Shown here piece by piece: positions 49,278 through 58,493 of a stretch of DNA of 64,000 bases; positions within the stretch are counted from its first letter, which is position 1; every line of letters begins with the position of its first letter. The DNA comes from Spirochaetia bacterium (GTDB taxonomy: Bacteria; Spirochaetota; Spirochaetia; SZUA-6; Bin103). Location of the stretch: NCBI GenBank assembly GCA_965208575.1, contig CBDBOV010000006.1:992001-1056000 (forward strand), in the 5' to 3' direction. A model generated the notes under the pieces. It was given only the letters and a program-made list of their open reading frames with translations. It was not told where the DNA came from and searched no databases. Made by a program: the position numbers and the translations under genes.

Positions 49278-50621
49278 CTAAGCGGCGTCCAGCTTGGCGC
49301 GGATGGCGGCGTGGGCGGCGCGGTCTATGGGGTAGCGGGCGAGCACGAGGATGCCGACGATGAAGAACAGCGCGGGGATGGGGCCGATCAGCAGACGGAT
49401 GCCGTGCAGGGCGAGGGCGGTCTGGGCCACGTCGGGCACGTAGCCGGTCCACTGCAGCACGGCGCCGCTGACCGCGCCGGCGAGGCCCAGGCCCAGCTTC
49501 TGCAGGAAGGTCCACATGCCGTAGAACACGCCCTCGCGGCGCTGGCCGTTCTCCAGCTCGTCGTAGTCGACCACGTCGGGGATGATCGACCACGGCATCA
49601 CGTAGTTGGTGGCCAGGCCGACGCCGGCCAGCGCCATCAGCACGAACAGCACGGTCGCGTCGCGGTGCGCGAACAGGTAGGCGGCCAGCAACGCCGCGCC
49701 GAACAGCACCATGCCGGCGTTGTAGGCGGTGCGCTTGCCGATCCGCCCCGACAGCCACACCCAGCCGGGGATCGCCGCGAAGGCGGCCAGCAGCAGGGCC
49801 AGCGAGGCGAAGCTGGCCAGCTCGGGGCGCCCATACAGGTGCTCGAAGTAGAACGGCACCGCGCTGGTGGCCACCACGATGCCGGTCATGAACAGCGCCC
49901 ACGGGAACAGCGCCAGCCGGAACGGGCGCACCCTCAGCGCCGCCGCGTAACCGGCGAACACGCTGCCGGCCGGCGCCCGGTCGCGTGCCACCGGGCGCTC
50001 GCGCACCGAGGCGAAGGTGACCAGCACCACCGCCGCCGAGATCACCCCGAACAGCACGCCCGCGACCGTGTACCCCGCTCCCATGCCGGCGCCGGCCGCC
50101 ATGCCGACCACCACCGTGAACGCGCCCGCGCCGAGCAGGGTGCCGACGATCGCCCACGCCATCCGGTAGCCGTTCAGGTTGGTGCGCTCCTGGAAATCGC
50201 GCGCCAGCTCGGGGGTAAGCGCCGCGTAGGGGATGAACACCACCGTGTAAGCGGTGCTCACCAGGCAGAACGCGAGCACCACCCACGCGAACAGCGCGCC
50301 CTGGCCCCAGCCGCGCCCGCCCACCTCCAGGAACACCAGCGTCATGCCGGCCACCATCGCCAGCGAGCCGAACAGCAGGTAGGGCCGCCGCCGCCCCCAG
50401 CGCGAGACGGTGCGGTCGGACAGTGTGCCCATCAGCGGGTCGGTGACCGCGTCCCAGGCGCGCCCGAGCAGCAGCGCCAACCCGGCCAGCGACGCCGCCA
50501 GCCCGAGCGTGTCGGTGACGAAGTTGAGCAGCCAGAACCCCATGATGGTAAAGAACAGGTTGCCGCCCAGGTCCCCGACCCCATACCCCATCTTGGTCCG
50601 CAGCGAAAGCGATCCAGCCAT
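49278..50621 (-). CDS. GPH family (MelB-like) MFS sugar:cation symporter
   Basis: YGVGDLG, WDAVTDP..G.LSD, WGRRRP, IPY.AL, DVVDYDE...G.RREG. Confidence 0.93.
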   Translation of the reverse strand: MAGSLSLRTKMGYGVGDLGGNLFFTIMGFWLLNFVTDTLGLAASLAGLALLLGRAWDAVTDPLMGTLSDRTVSRWGRRRPYLLFGSLAMVAGMTLVFLEVGGRGWGQGALFAWVVLAFCLVSTAYTVVFIPYAALTPELARDFQERTNLNGYRMAWAIVGTLLGAGAFTVVVGMAAGAGMGAGYTVAGVLFGVISAAVVLVTFASVRERPVARDRAPAGSVFAGYAAALRVRPFRLALFPWALFMTGIVVATSAVPFYFEHLYGRPELASFASLALLLAAFAAIPGWVWLSGRIGKRTAYNAGMVLFGAALLAAYLFAHRDATVLFVLMALAGVGLATNYVMPWSIIPDVVDYDELENGQRREGVFYGMWTFLQKLGLGLAGAVSGAVLQWTGYVPDVAQTALALHGIRLLIGPIPALFFIVGILVLARYPIDRAAHAAIRAKLDAA

Positions 50622-50755
50622 CGCCAGCCAGTATACGCCGAGTCACGACACCATGCACCCTGTTCGAATTGCAGGGTTGACCCAATCCTCATTAAGCGAT
50701 AACTTAACAAGACACGGAGGAGTCACATGAAAACGACCTATCTTGAGGGTAGCAT

Positions 50756-51133
50756 TTGTCTTTCATATCTCTACGGTATAAATCAACTTACGACATTTGC
50801 GCCTACGCATCCAGGCGCGACAGGTGTCAGATCGTTACTTTCCTTGAGAGTCTAGGCGAACGCGATCGCAAGAAGGTGACTGCATTGCTGAGGTATGCGG
50901 CTCACCATGGGCCTCCGCGGAACCGCGAGAAGTGCCAGAAGATGGCAGGCGAGAACTTCTGGGAGTTCAAGGCCTCTCAGCTGCGTATCTTCTGGTGCTA
51001 CGATGCGGGGAGACGGAAGCGAATCGTCTTGTTACACGGCTTTACGAAGAAGACCGCGCACACACCGAAGAACCAACTGGAAGCGGGGCGTCGTGCGTAC
51101 CGCGAAGCACAACAAGAACTGACCACCACATGA
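50756..51133 (+). CDS. RelE/HigB (Gp49-like) toxin
   Basis: FWEFK..LRIF..IVLLHGFTKKT..TP; TTG start. Confidence 0.85.
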   Translation: MSFISLRYKSTYDICAYASRRDRCQIVTFLESLGERDRKKVTALLRYAAHHGPPRNREKCQKMAGENFWEFKASQLRIFWCYDAGRRKRIVLLHGFTKKTAHTPKNQLEAGRRAYREAQQELTTT

Positions 51134-51143
51134 GAGGAGAGAA

Positions 51144-51485
51144 ATGATCAAGGAGTGGAGTCGGCAGTTTGAGGGAGATCCCGAGTTCGAGTTCGACCTG
51201 CTGGCGATTGAAATCGGGGAGCGCATCGTCGAGAGAATGGAGCTGCTGAAGATGACTCGAACCGAGTTGGCTGCCAAGGTCGGAGTGAGCAAGGCACGCA
51301 TCAGCCAAGTCCTCAGCGGACATGACAATCTCACGTTGAAGAGCTTGGTAGCGGTCGCTATCGGTCTAGGGAGCCGTGTCGAGGTGCGATTGAAGAACAA
51401 GGAACAGTGGTTGCCCAAGAAAACTACCGTGGCGCACCCGTTGTTATCCTCGTCCTCACTTTCGGAACTCGCGGCCGCTGCTTGA
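51144..51485 (+). CDS. XRE-HTH antitoxin (HigA-like) with C-terminal extension ending LAAAA
   Basis: MTRTELAAKVGVSKARISQVLSG..NLTLKSL. Confidence 0.85.
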   Translation: MIKEWSRQFEGDPEFEFDLLAIEIGERIVERMELLKMTRTELAAKVGVSKARISQVLSGHDNLTLKSLVAVAIGLGSRVEVRLKNKEQWLPKKTTVAHPLLSSSSLSELAAAA

Positions 51486-51488
51486 CAG

Positions 51489-51914
51489 TTGACACGCAAA
51501 TTACCGCTACGCCAGCCGCACCTGGCGGCTCTTGATCTACGCGGATTTTGGATAGAGCAGATCGAATACTGGGAAGCAGACGATGCTCCAGAGGAATTCG
51601 ATCAGCCAACGGTGCGCCTCTCGCGTCCGAACGTGCAGCAAAACGCAAATGACGAAGACTCGTACTTGATGACGCTCAGAATTCGCGTGTCGCAAGCAGA
51701 TGTGCGGTCGATAGATCTCACGATACGTGGTGTATTTCACGTCCAGGCAGACGACAACGGCAATGAGGGAACCCCGAGGATGCTCATATACAACGGAACT
51801 GCGATGTTGTATGGCGCAGCGAGAGGAATCATTGAGTCGGTTACCAGCCTGACGGGATTTGGCCGGCTGCGCGTGCCATCTGCCAACATCGCAGAGCTAC
51901 TCGGCAGAGGGTAG
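51489..51914 (+). CDS. SecB-like chaperone (TAC third component)
   Basis: I.G.F, NGTAMLYGAARGII...T...GRL.VPSANI pattern of SecB fold; follows TA pair. Confidence 0.8.
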   Translation: MTRKLPLRQPHLAALDLRGFWIEQIEYWEADDAPEEFDQPTVRLSRPNVQQNANDEDSYLMTLRIRVSQADVRSIDLTIRGVFHVQADDNGNEGTPRMLIYNGTAMLYGAARGIIESVTSLTGFGRLRVPSANIAELLGRG

Positions 51915-51950
51915 GCCGTAAGCCAGCAAACTAGCGCATCGCCGGCATCC

Positions 51951-52814
51951 CTACACGCGGATGAATTTCTGCAGTTGGGCGGGGGCCTGGACCTGGCCGA
52001 CGTAGAGGTCGCCGCGGGAGTCGCTCCAGATGCCGTGCGGGCAGGCCAGGAATTCGCCCGGCCTGGTGCTCGGGCGCCCGCCGCCCCAGGTGCACAGCCG
52101 TTCGCCGGCCATCGTGTAGACGCTGACCTCGTGGTGCACGCCGGCGACGTAGACCACCTCGCCGGCGGGGTCGAATTGAATGTTGTCCGGCTTCAGGATG
52201 CCGGCCCACTCGCTGAGGTAGCGGCCATCGGAATCGAAGATCTGGATGCGGTCGTTGGAGCGGTCGCACACCCAGACGCGGTCGTGCCGGTCAACGCGCA
52301 CGGCGTGCGACAGGTTGAACTGGCCGGGACCGGTGCCCCACTCGCCCCATGACAGCAGGTGGCGCCCGTCCGCGGTGTACTTGTGCACGCGGGCGTTGGC
52401 GTAGCCGTCGGAGATGAACAGGTCGCCGCCTGACGCGATGCCCACGTCGGTGGGCAGGTTGAACGGATCGCCGTCGCGGGCGCCCCTCTTGCCCGGGGTG
52501 CCGATGGTCATCACCAGTTCGCCGCCCGCGTTGAACTTGTAGATGCAGTGGTTGTTGCGCTCGGTGCAGAACACGTTGTCGTCGCCGTCGATGAAGATGC
52601 CGTGCGCATCCTCCAGCACCCCGGCTCCCCACTCTTCCAGGAACCGTCCGTCGCGGTCGAACACCACCAGCGGATGCTCGCTGCGCGAGTACACGAACAC
52701 CCGGTCCCGCGAATCGCACGCCACCGCGGGGATCCAGCCCCAGGTCCATCCGTCGGGGAGCTGCCCCCAGCCCTCTGCCACTTCGTAGCGATAGTCGCCG
52801 CCGCCAAATGCCAT
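51951..52814 (-). CDS. NHL-repeat protein (peptidyl-alpha-hydroxyglycine lyase-like)
   Basis: AHGI.ID, FNLPTDV, SDGYANARV, DRSNDRIQIFD, PHGI. Confidence 0.88.
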   Translation of the reverse strand: MAFGGGDYRYEVAEGWGQLPDGWTWGWIPAVACDSRDRVFVYSRSEHPLVVFDRDGRFLEEWGAGVLEDAHGIFIDGDDNVFCTERNNHCIYKFNAGGELVMTIGTPGKRGARDGDPFNLPTDVGIASGGDLFISDGYANARVHKYTADGRHLLSWGEWGTGPGQFNLSHAVRVDRHDRVWVCDRSNDRIQIFDSDGRYLSEWAGILKPDNIQFDPAGEVVYVAGVHHEVSVYTMAGERLCTWGGGRPSTRPGEFLACPHGIWSDSRGDLYVGQVQAPAQLQKFIRV

Positions 52815-53088
52815 GCTGCTCCTTCCTCCCGTCGCCGGCGACGAATGCCGGGCGCCGTACCGCGGTGCCACGGACCAATGCCTCAGGCGTCGACTCGGTT
52901 GCGGCGCCCGCCGTTCCGTCGCGGGCGCCGCCGCCGAACTCCAATTATAGGTGTAATGACCGATGGGCAACAGCCGCCAGCGTTCGCAACGGCTCGCCGC
53001 CGACGCCGGATACCTGGTCTTTCCAAGCGCCCGCCATCGGAGCCGGCGCCAGCTTCGCTGCCGGAGACAGCTCCCGTCCGCCGCCACA

Positions 53089-53237
53089 CTACTTGGCGAC
53101 GGCGCCTTGTTCGACGGCTGCGCCGACGGCGTAGTGGGCGACCATGCGGCTTGAGCGCCACCCGCCGATGCGCAAGCCATGGCCGCACCTGCCGGTCGCG
53201 GCGGGGGGCTTGACGGGTATCGTTGAGTCATCATATA
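53089..53237 (-). pseudogene. Relic C-terminus of a Cre-like tyrosine recombinase
   Basis: ..GHGLRIG GWRSSRMVAHY..AVEQGAVAK*: HxLR and W..Y boxes with intervening helix deleted. Confidence 0.55.
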
Positions 53238-53313
53238 AGACTCTCCCGGTGGCCATATGGCCGCACCTGCCCGTCGCGGCGGGGCTTGACGGGAATCGTT
53301 GAGTTATCACATA
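53179..53313 (+). repeat. Two near-identical about 57-nt direct repeats (78-nt period), each with TTGACG
   Basis: atggccgcacctgcc.gtcgcggcgggg..cttgacggg.atcgttgagt.atca.ata at 53179 and 53257. Confidence 0.9.
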
Positions 53314-53352
53314 CGGCCGTGAGCCCGATACGCTCACTAAAGGAGATGGTAG

Positions 53353-55272
53353 ATGAAAACTTTTTCAGGAAAATTAGTCGGTGCGCTTCTCGTTTTGCTG
53401 CTAGCGGCGCCCCTCGGTTTTGCGGAATATAAGGAAGCGCCGATGCTCGCGCGCCTGGTCGCGGCGGGTGAGCTTCCACCGGTTGCCGAGCGGCTTCCGG
53501 ACAATCCCTTCGTTGTTGGTCCCGGCGTGCTGAATGGCACGCAGTGGGTGGATTGGACTCCCGGCAACTACTCCGATGGGAGGAAAGTCAGGACTCTCGA
53601 AGATTCGCTTCACCAGAAGATTCCGGGTGCCGGACACATCAACATCCTGTGGTCGCCTGACAACACAACGACGGACCCGGTCGGGACCATAGTTGAAAGC
53701 TTCAACTTTTCCGATGATTACACCGTGTTCGATTTCACCATCCGCAAGGGGCTGAAGTGGTCCAACGGCGACCTGCTCACCACTGACGATGTTAGATTCG
53801 CCTTCGAGGACCTGTACGAGTATCCAGACGCCGAGATTCGATACCCGGTGCAATTGCACGCCCTGGGCAACCCACGGTTCCCGGTGGCCGAGTTGACGGT
53901 CCAGGATCGGCACTCATTCACGCTTACCTTTGACAGGCCATACGGTTTTTTCGTCACGGAACTGATCTCCTGGATCAGCACGGTAGGAGAAGGGATCTTT
54001 CAGCCCTCGGAGTTCCTGAAGCAGTACCATCCGAGGTACACGGCGGTCGCCACGCTGAACGACATGGCGGAGGAGGCCGGCCTGGCCGACTGGAAGCAGC
54101 TTCTACAAGCGAAGACCGGTAACCACTGGCAGATCCTTCTCGGCAGCCCGCACATGATCGGGGTACCCTCTATCCAGCCTTACATATTTACCGAGGCAAC
54201 CGATACGACGTTGCTGATCGAGAGAAATCCCTACTCTTACATGGTTGACACGGAGGGGCAGCAGCTCCCGTACATAGACTTCGTTGAAACCACCATGGTC
54301 GAGGACGAAGGCGCGAGAAACCTGAAGATCCTTGCAGGCGAGACGGACTTTCAGACCAGTGACTGGGCCAAGCTGCCGTCGATGCCGACCTACGTCAGTG
54401 GTGCCGAGCAGGGCAACTACCGCGTGCAGCTCGCCGGCGGGTTCGTCGGCCCTCCCACGCTGTTCATAAACCACGACTACGATTACCAGAATCCGAACAG
54501 CCAGTGGCAGAAGCTGATGCAGGACCCCCAGGGTCGCTTCGGCAGGGCGGTGGCACTCGCCATCGACAACCACGACGTCAATGACACGTTGTTCTTCGGC
54601 CAGTACAAGATGGACGACATTATCACCGGGTCCGACTTCGATCCGGCGCAGGCAAACCGACTCCTGGATGAGCTCGGGCTGGACAACAAAGACGCCAGCG
54701 GATTCCGCACGTACCCCGACGGCTCGCCCCTTGAAATCACGATCAATGCCATCGCGATTGACCCGGCCGGCATCGACGTGGCCCAGCTGTTCTCCCAGTA
54801 CCTGCAGGCCGTGGGACTCAACATCGACGCGCAGGGGGTCGAGGGCGGAATCTTCAATCAGAAAGCGGCCAACAACGAGTACCAGATGACGATCTTTTGG
54901 AATGACGTCCCGGCGTGGCCTTCCGGAATCTCCGTGGACTTCTGGCCGAGTTTCAAGGGCGCGTGGGCGCCCGAGAGCGCGAAATATATCGATTCCGCTG
55001 GCGAGGCGGGACGAAAGCCCCCTGCGTACATCCAGGAGTTCTTCGATATTATCGTCGATCGCAAGGCGGTTCCTCCCGGGACGCCTGAGGGCGCGGCGCA
55101 GTATGCGAGGCTGCGAGAGTGGTTCGCCGACAACAACGTGATGATCTGGCCCACTGGCAATATCGTGCAGCCCATCATCGCCTCGAGCGACCTTCGCAAC
55201 GTCGTGAAGGACGATTATGGGATTCTCTTCGGTTGGATCCATGCAATCCCGCAATGGTATTTCGCGGAGTAG
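53353..55272 (+). CDS. ABC substrate-binding protein family 5 (DppA-like)
   Basis: AAGGAG RBS, signal peptide, EAPML..LPPVAERLP, RKGLKWSNG, ERNPY..VDTEGQQLPYID. Confidence 0.92.
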   Translation: MKTFSGKLVGALLVLLLAAPLGFAEYKEAPMLARLVAAGELPPVAERLPDNPFVVGPGVLNGTQWVDWTPGNYSDGRKVRTLEDSLHQKIPGAGHINILWSPDNTTTDPVGTIVESFNFSDDYTVFDFTIRKGLKWSNGDLLTTDDVRFAFEDLYEYPDAEIRYPVQLHALGNPRFPVAELTVQDRHSFTLTFDRPYGFFVTELISWISTVGEGIFQPSEFLKQYHPRYTAVATLNDMAEEAGLADWKQLLQAKTGNHWQILLGSPHMIGVPSIQPYIFTEATDTTLLIERNPYSYMVDTEGQQLPYIDFVETTMVEDEGARNLKILAGETDFQTSDWAKLPSMPTYVSGAEQGNYRVQLAGGFVGPPTLFINHDYDYQNPNSQWQKLMQDPQGRFGRAVALAIDNHDVNDTLFFGQYKMDDIITGSDFDPAQANRLLDELGLDNKDASGFRTYPDGSPLEITINAIAIDPAGIDVAQLFSQYLQAVGLNIDAQGVEGGIFNQKAANNEYQMTIFWNDVPAWPSGISVDFWPSFKGAWAPESAKYIDSAGEAGRKPPAYIQEFFDIIVDRKAVPPGTPEGAAQYARLREWFADNNVMIWPTGNIVQPIIASSDLRNVVKDDYGILFGWIHAIPQWYFAE

Positions 55273-55361
55273 TCTCTTCGGGATAGCGCGCGTCTGATGG
55301 CTTGCTCCTTCAGACGTGCCATTTAGTACGTCCGCAAACCTCTTTTCCGCGGAACTCCTTT

Positions 55362-55395
55362 TCCCAGGCCCGCCCTGCACAGGGCGGGCCTGGGA
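55362..55395 (+). terminator. Perfect 15-bp hairpin after SBP gene
   Basis: tcccaggcccgccct-gcac-agggcgggcctggga. Confidence 0.6.
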
Positions 55396-55420
55396 TCATT
55401 AGAGACAAGAGCCACCCCTG

Positions 55421-56416
55421 ATGCTGAGACTAATAAGCAAGCGCATCCTCCTTATTTTTCCCATGCTGTTCATTGTCTCCCTGCTGTCCTTTGTCATCAT
55501 CCAACTCCCGCCCGGGGACTATGTGGAAACCTACATTGAGAATCTCAGGCAAATGGGCGGCATCCCCTTCGAAGACGCATTCCACCTTGCCGGCCAACTG
55601 AGGGAGCGCTACGCGTTGGATCAGCCCCTTTTGGTGCAGTACTACATTTGGATGAGACACATCGTGACCAAGGGGGATTTCGGCAATTCCTTCACCTACG
55701 ACCGACCGGTTACCGACATGCTCCGGGAACGGGTGCCGCGGACCATGGCCATTACCCTTGCGGGTGTCCTGCTTTCCTGGCTCATCGCGGTGCCAATCGG
55801 CATTTACTCCGCCGTTCACCAATACTCCTTCGCCGACTACGTTTTCACGTTCCTCGGCTTTGTGGGACTATCGTTTCCCGCGTTCCTCTTCGCCATCGTG
55901 CTGGTGTTCCTCGTCTTCCAATACACGGGGTGGGCCATTACGGGCATCTTCTCTTCCGCGTTCGAAGATGCACCTTGGTCGCTTGCCAAGTTCTGGGACA
56001 TGGTGAAGAACATGACTATTCCCATGATCGTGCTGTCCACGTCAGGGGCCGCGGCGCTCATCCGCATCCTGCGCGCCACCCTGTTGGATGAGTTGAAGAA
56101 GCAGTACGTCATCACCGCGCGGTCGAAGGGACTACTGGAGATGCGGCTCCTGTTCAAGTACCCCGTTCGCGTGGCGATCAACCCCCTCATCAGCACGATC
56201 GGGTGGCTCCTGCCTGCGGCGGTTGGCGGCGAGATCGTGGTTTCCCTGGTGCTGAACCTGCCCACGACCGGCCCCATCCTTCTAGCCTCGGTCCTGGACC
56301 AGGACATGTACCTGGCAGGCGGTATCCTGTTCATCCTGAGCTCCCTGACCCTGGTGGGAACGCTCATCTCCGACATCCTGCTGGTGGCGGTGGATCCGAG
56401 AATCAGGTTTGAGTAA
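55421..56416 (+). CDS. ABC permease DppB-like
   Basis: QLPPGDY, YALDQP, YVITARSKGL, DPRIR. Confidence 0.93.
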   Translation: MLRLISKRILLIFPMLFIVSLLSFVIIQLPPGDYVETYIENLRQMGGIPFEDAFHLAGQLRERYALDQPLLVQYYIWMRHIVTKGDFGNSFTYDRPVTDMLRERVPRTMAITLAGVLLSWLIAVPIGIYSAVHQYSFADYVFTFLGFVGLSFPAFLFAIVLVFLVFQYTGWAITGIFSSAFEDAPWSLAKFWDMVKNMTIPMIVLSTSGAAALIRILRATLLDELKKQYVITARSKGLLEMRLLFKYPVRVAINPLISTIGWLLPAAVGGEIVVSLVLNLPTTGPILLASVLDQDMYLAGGILFILSSLTLVGTLISDILLVAVDPRIRFE

Positions 56417-57566
56417 GACCACTAGCAGAGTACTCTCACTACCAGGCCTTTCATCGCATCCCCGCGCGCCGGTCAAGGAGCCGAAAAAGGACCTCGCCCT
56501 TGCTTCGCAGGGACAACTGGTCTGGCACAATTTTCGAAAGCACAAGGTCGCCATGGGGAGCCTGGTGGTGCTCACCCTGCTGTACATCGGGGCCATCTTT
56601 GCCGACTTCATCGCACCATACGAGAAGAACTACCGCATTCCCGATGTGCAGTTCAGCTCTCCTACGAGGGTGCGGGTATACGAGCCGGGCAAGGGTTTCT
56701 CCCGGCCGTTCGTGTTCGCGGTGACGCGGCAGTTGGATATGAAGACCTTCACCTACGAGACAGTTATCGACCGCAGCCAGAAGTGGTACCTGCGCTTCTT
56801 CGTGAAGACCGATCCCTACGAGCTCCTGCGCTTCATCCCGGTTTCCCACCGCCTTTTTGGCGTGGATACCGGCTACATCGCGCTGTTCGGCACCGACAAT
56901 CTGGGCATAGACATCCTCTCCCAGACGCTATACGCCAGCCGCATTTCCCTCTCGGTAGGGCTTGTCGGTGTGGCGATCAGCTTCGTCCTCGGCGTGATCC
57001 TGGGCGGGATCTCCGGCTATTTCGGCGGCACCGTAGACGAAATCATCCAACGCTTCATCGAGTTCATCATAACCCTGCCCCAGCTGCCGCTGTGGATCGC
57101 GCTCTCAGCGGCCGTCCCGAACCGATGGACCGGCATCCAGACCTTCTTCGCCATCACGGTCATCCTCTCGTTGGTCGGCTGGACGAGTCTTGCGCGCGTG
57201 GTGCGCGGGCGGCTGATCTCGATGCGGGAGGAAGACTACGTCATGGCGGCGCGGGTTGCCGGGCGCCGGGACGGGGCCATTATCCGTCTTCACCTGCTGC
57301 CGGGCTTCATGAGCTACCTGGTGGTGAACATCACACTGGCCATTCCTGCCATGATCCTCGGGGAGACCACGCTGAGCTTCCTGGGCGTAGGGATCCTCCC
57401 GCCCGAGGTGAGCTGGGGCGCGATGCTGAGGGAGGCCAACGACGTCACGCTGATCTTCAACTATACCTGGTACCTGACCCCCTGCATCTTCGTGATTGTT
57501 GCCGTGCTGGCCTTCAATTTCGTCGGTGACGGCTTGCGCGATGCGGCCGATCCATACGCGTGTTAG
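56409..57566 (+). CDS. ABC permease DppC-like
   Basis: FGTDNLG.D, GYFGG.VD, LSFLG.G, FNFVGDGLRDAADP. Confidence 0.93.
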   Translation: MSKTTSRVLSLPGLSSHPRAPVKEPKKDLALASQGQLVWHNFRKHKVAMGSLVVLTLLYIGAIFADFIAPYEKNYRIPDVQFSSPTRVRVYEPGKGFSRPFVFAVTRQLDMKTFTYETVIDRSQKWYLRFFVKTDPYELLRFIPVSHRLFGVDTGYIALFGTDNLGIDILSQTLYASRISLSVGLVGVAISFVLGVILGGISGYFGGTVDEIIQRFIEFIITLPQLPLWIALSAAVPNRWTGIQTFFAITVILSLVGWTSLARVVRGRLISMREEDYVMAARVAGRRDGAIIRLHLLPGFMSYLVVNITLAIPAMILGETTLSFLGVGILPPEVSWGAMLREANDVTLIFNYTWYLTPCIFVIVAVLAFNFVGDGLRDAADPYAC

Positions 57567-57652
57567 GAACGGCCGGATGATGCGCCATCCGGCATGCGAA
57601 GGAGTGACGGTCGGTCGGCACCGGGTGCGGCGGCTGATGCGGCTGCTGGGGG
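57567..57652 (+). mobile_element. IS3-family transposase OrfB fragment
   Basis: RMMRH..EGVTVGRHRVRRLMRLLG matches the IS3 HTH_21 motif. Confidence 0.65.
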
Positions 57653-57695
57653 CCGGTGTGTATTCTGTGTGCAGCCTGTCCGCTACTATTGAGAT

Positions 57696-58493
57696 ATGAG
57701 TGACCGGTTCGGATTCGATGCGCCGAAGTCGCAGCCGATCGAGGACTCGATCGTATGGGCGGCGGGCAACGGGTTCCGCTACATCGACTTTCAGGCCGAC
57801 GTGCCGCCCAACGCCATTGCCTCCTTCGACCGCGGCCGGGTGCGCACGGTGCGGGAGCTGTGCGAACGGCACGGCGTGGCGCTCGGCATCCACCCCTCCT
57901 CCGCCATCAACAACGCGGAGTATGTCCCGATCATGGCGGAAGCGGCCAGCGAGTACCTGGCGGCCAATCTCGATCTGGCCCAGCGGCTCGGCTGCGGCTG
58001 GATCATAGGCCACGGCGGCTACCACTTCGGTGACCTGGAGCTGCGCCGCGCGGCGGCGCTTGAGCGGCTGCGGCGGCTGGCGGACCAGGCCGAGCAGAAG
58101 CGGCTGACGGTGTTCTTCGAGAACCACAACCGGGAGCCGGAACACGCCGAGATGCACTACCTGCCGCACAACGTCGAGGAGACACGCTGGTTCTTCGACG
58201 CCATCGGCTCGCCGCACTTCAAGTGGGCGTTCAACGTGGCTCACGGCAACCTGGTGGCGGAAGGGTGGCGCGGCTTTCTGGATGCGTTCGGGGCCGGCAA
58301 CATCGGCCAGGTGCGGCTCAACGACAACCGCGGCGACTACGAGATCCACCTGGTGCCCGGTGAGGGCAACATCGACTTCGCGGCGCTGTTCGCCGGGCTG
58401 CGGGCAGCGGGTTACACGGGCTGGTTCAGCCTGGGGTTTGGCGATGAGGCGGACAAGGTACGCGTCAGGGAGTGGTTCGCCGGCCTCCTCTGA
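57696..58493 (+). CDS. Sugar phosphate isomerase/epimerase-fold protein (AP_endonuc_2)
   Basis: IHP, HGG, FEN, H..PG.G.IDF. Confidence 0.8.
   Translation: MSDRFGFDAPKSQPIEDSIVWAAGNGFRYIDFQADVPPNAIASFDRGRVRTVRELCERHGVALGIHPSSAINNAEYVPIMAEAASEYLAANLDLAQRLGCGWIIGHGGYHFGDLELRRAAALERLRRLADQAEQKRLTVFFENHNREPEHAEMHYLPHNVEETRWFFDAIGSPHFKWAFNVAHGNLVAEGWRGFLDAFGAGNIGQVRLNDNRGDYEIHLVPGEGNIDFAALFAGLRAAGYTGWFSLGFGDEADKVRVREWFAGLL

Noticed and set aside
53179-53313. Two repeats with a spacer as mini-CRISPR
   Set aside because: Only two long imperfect copies, no cas genes; better explained as tandem duplication
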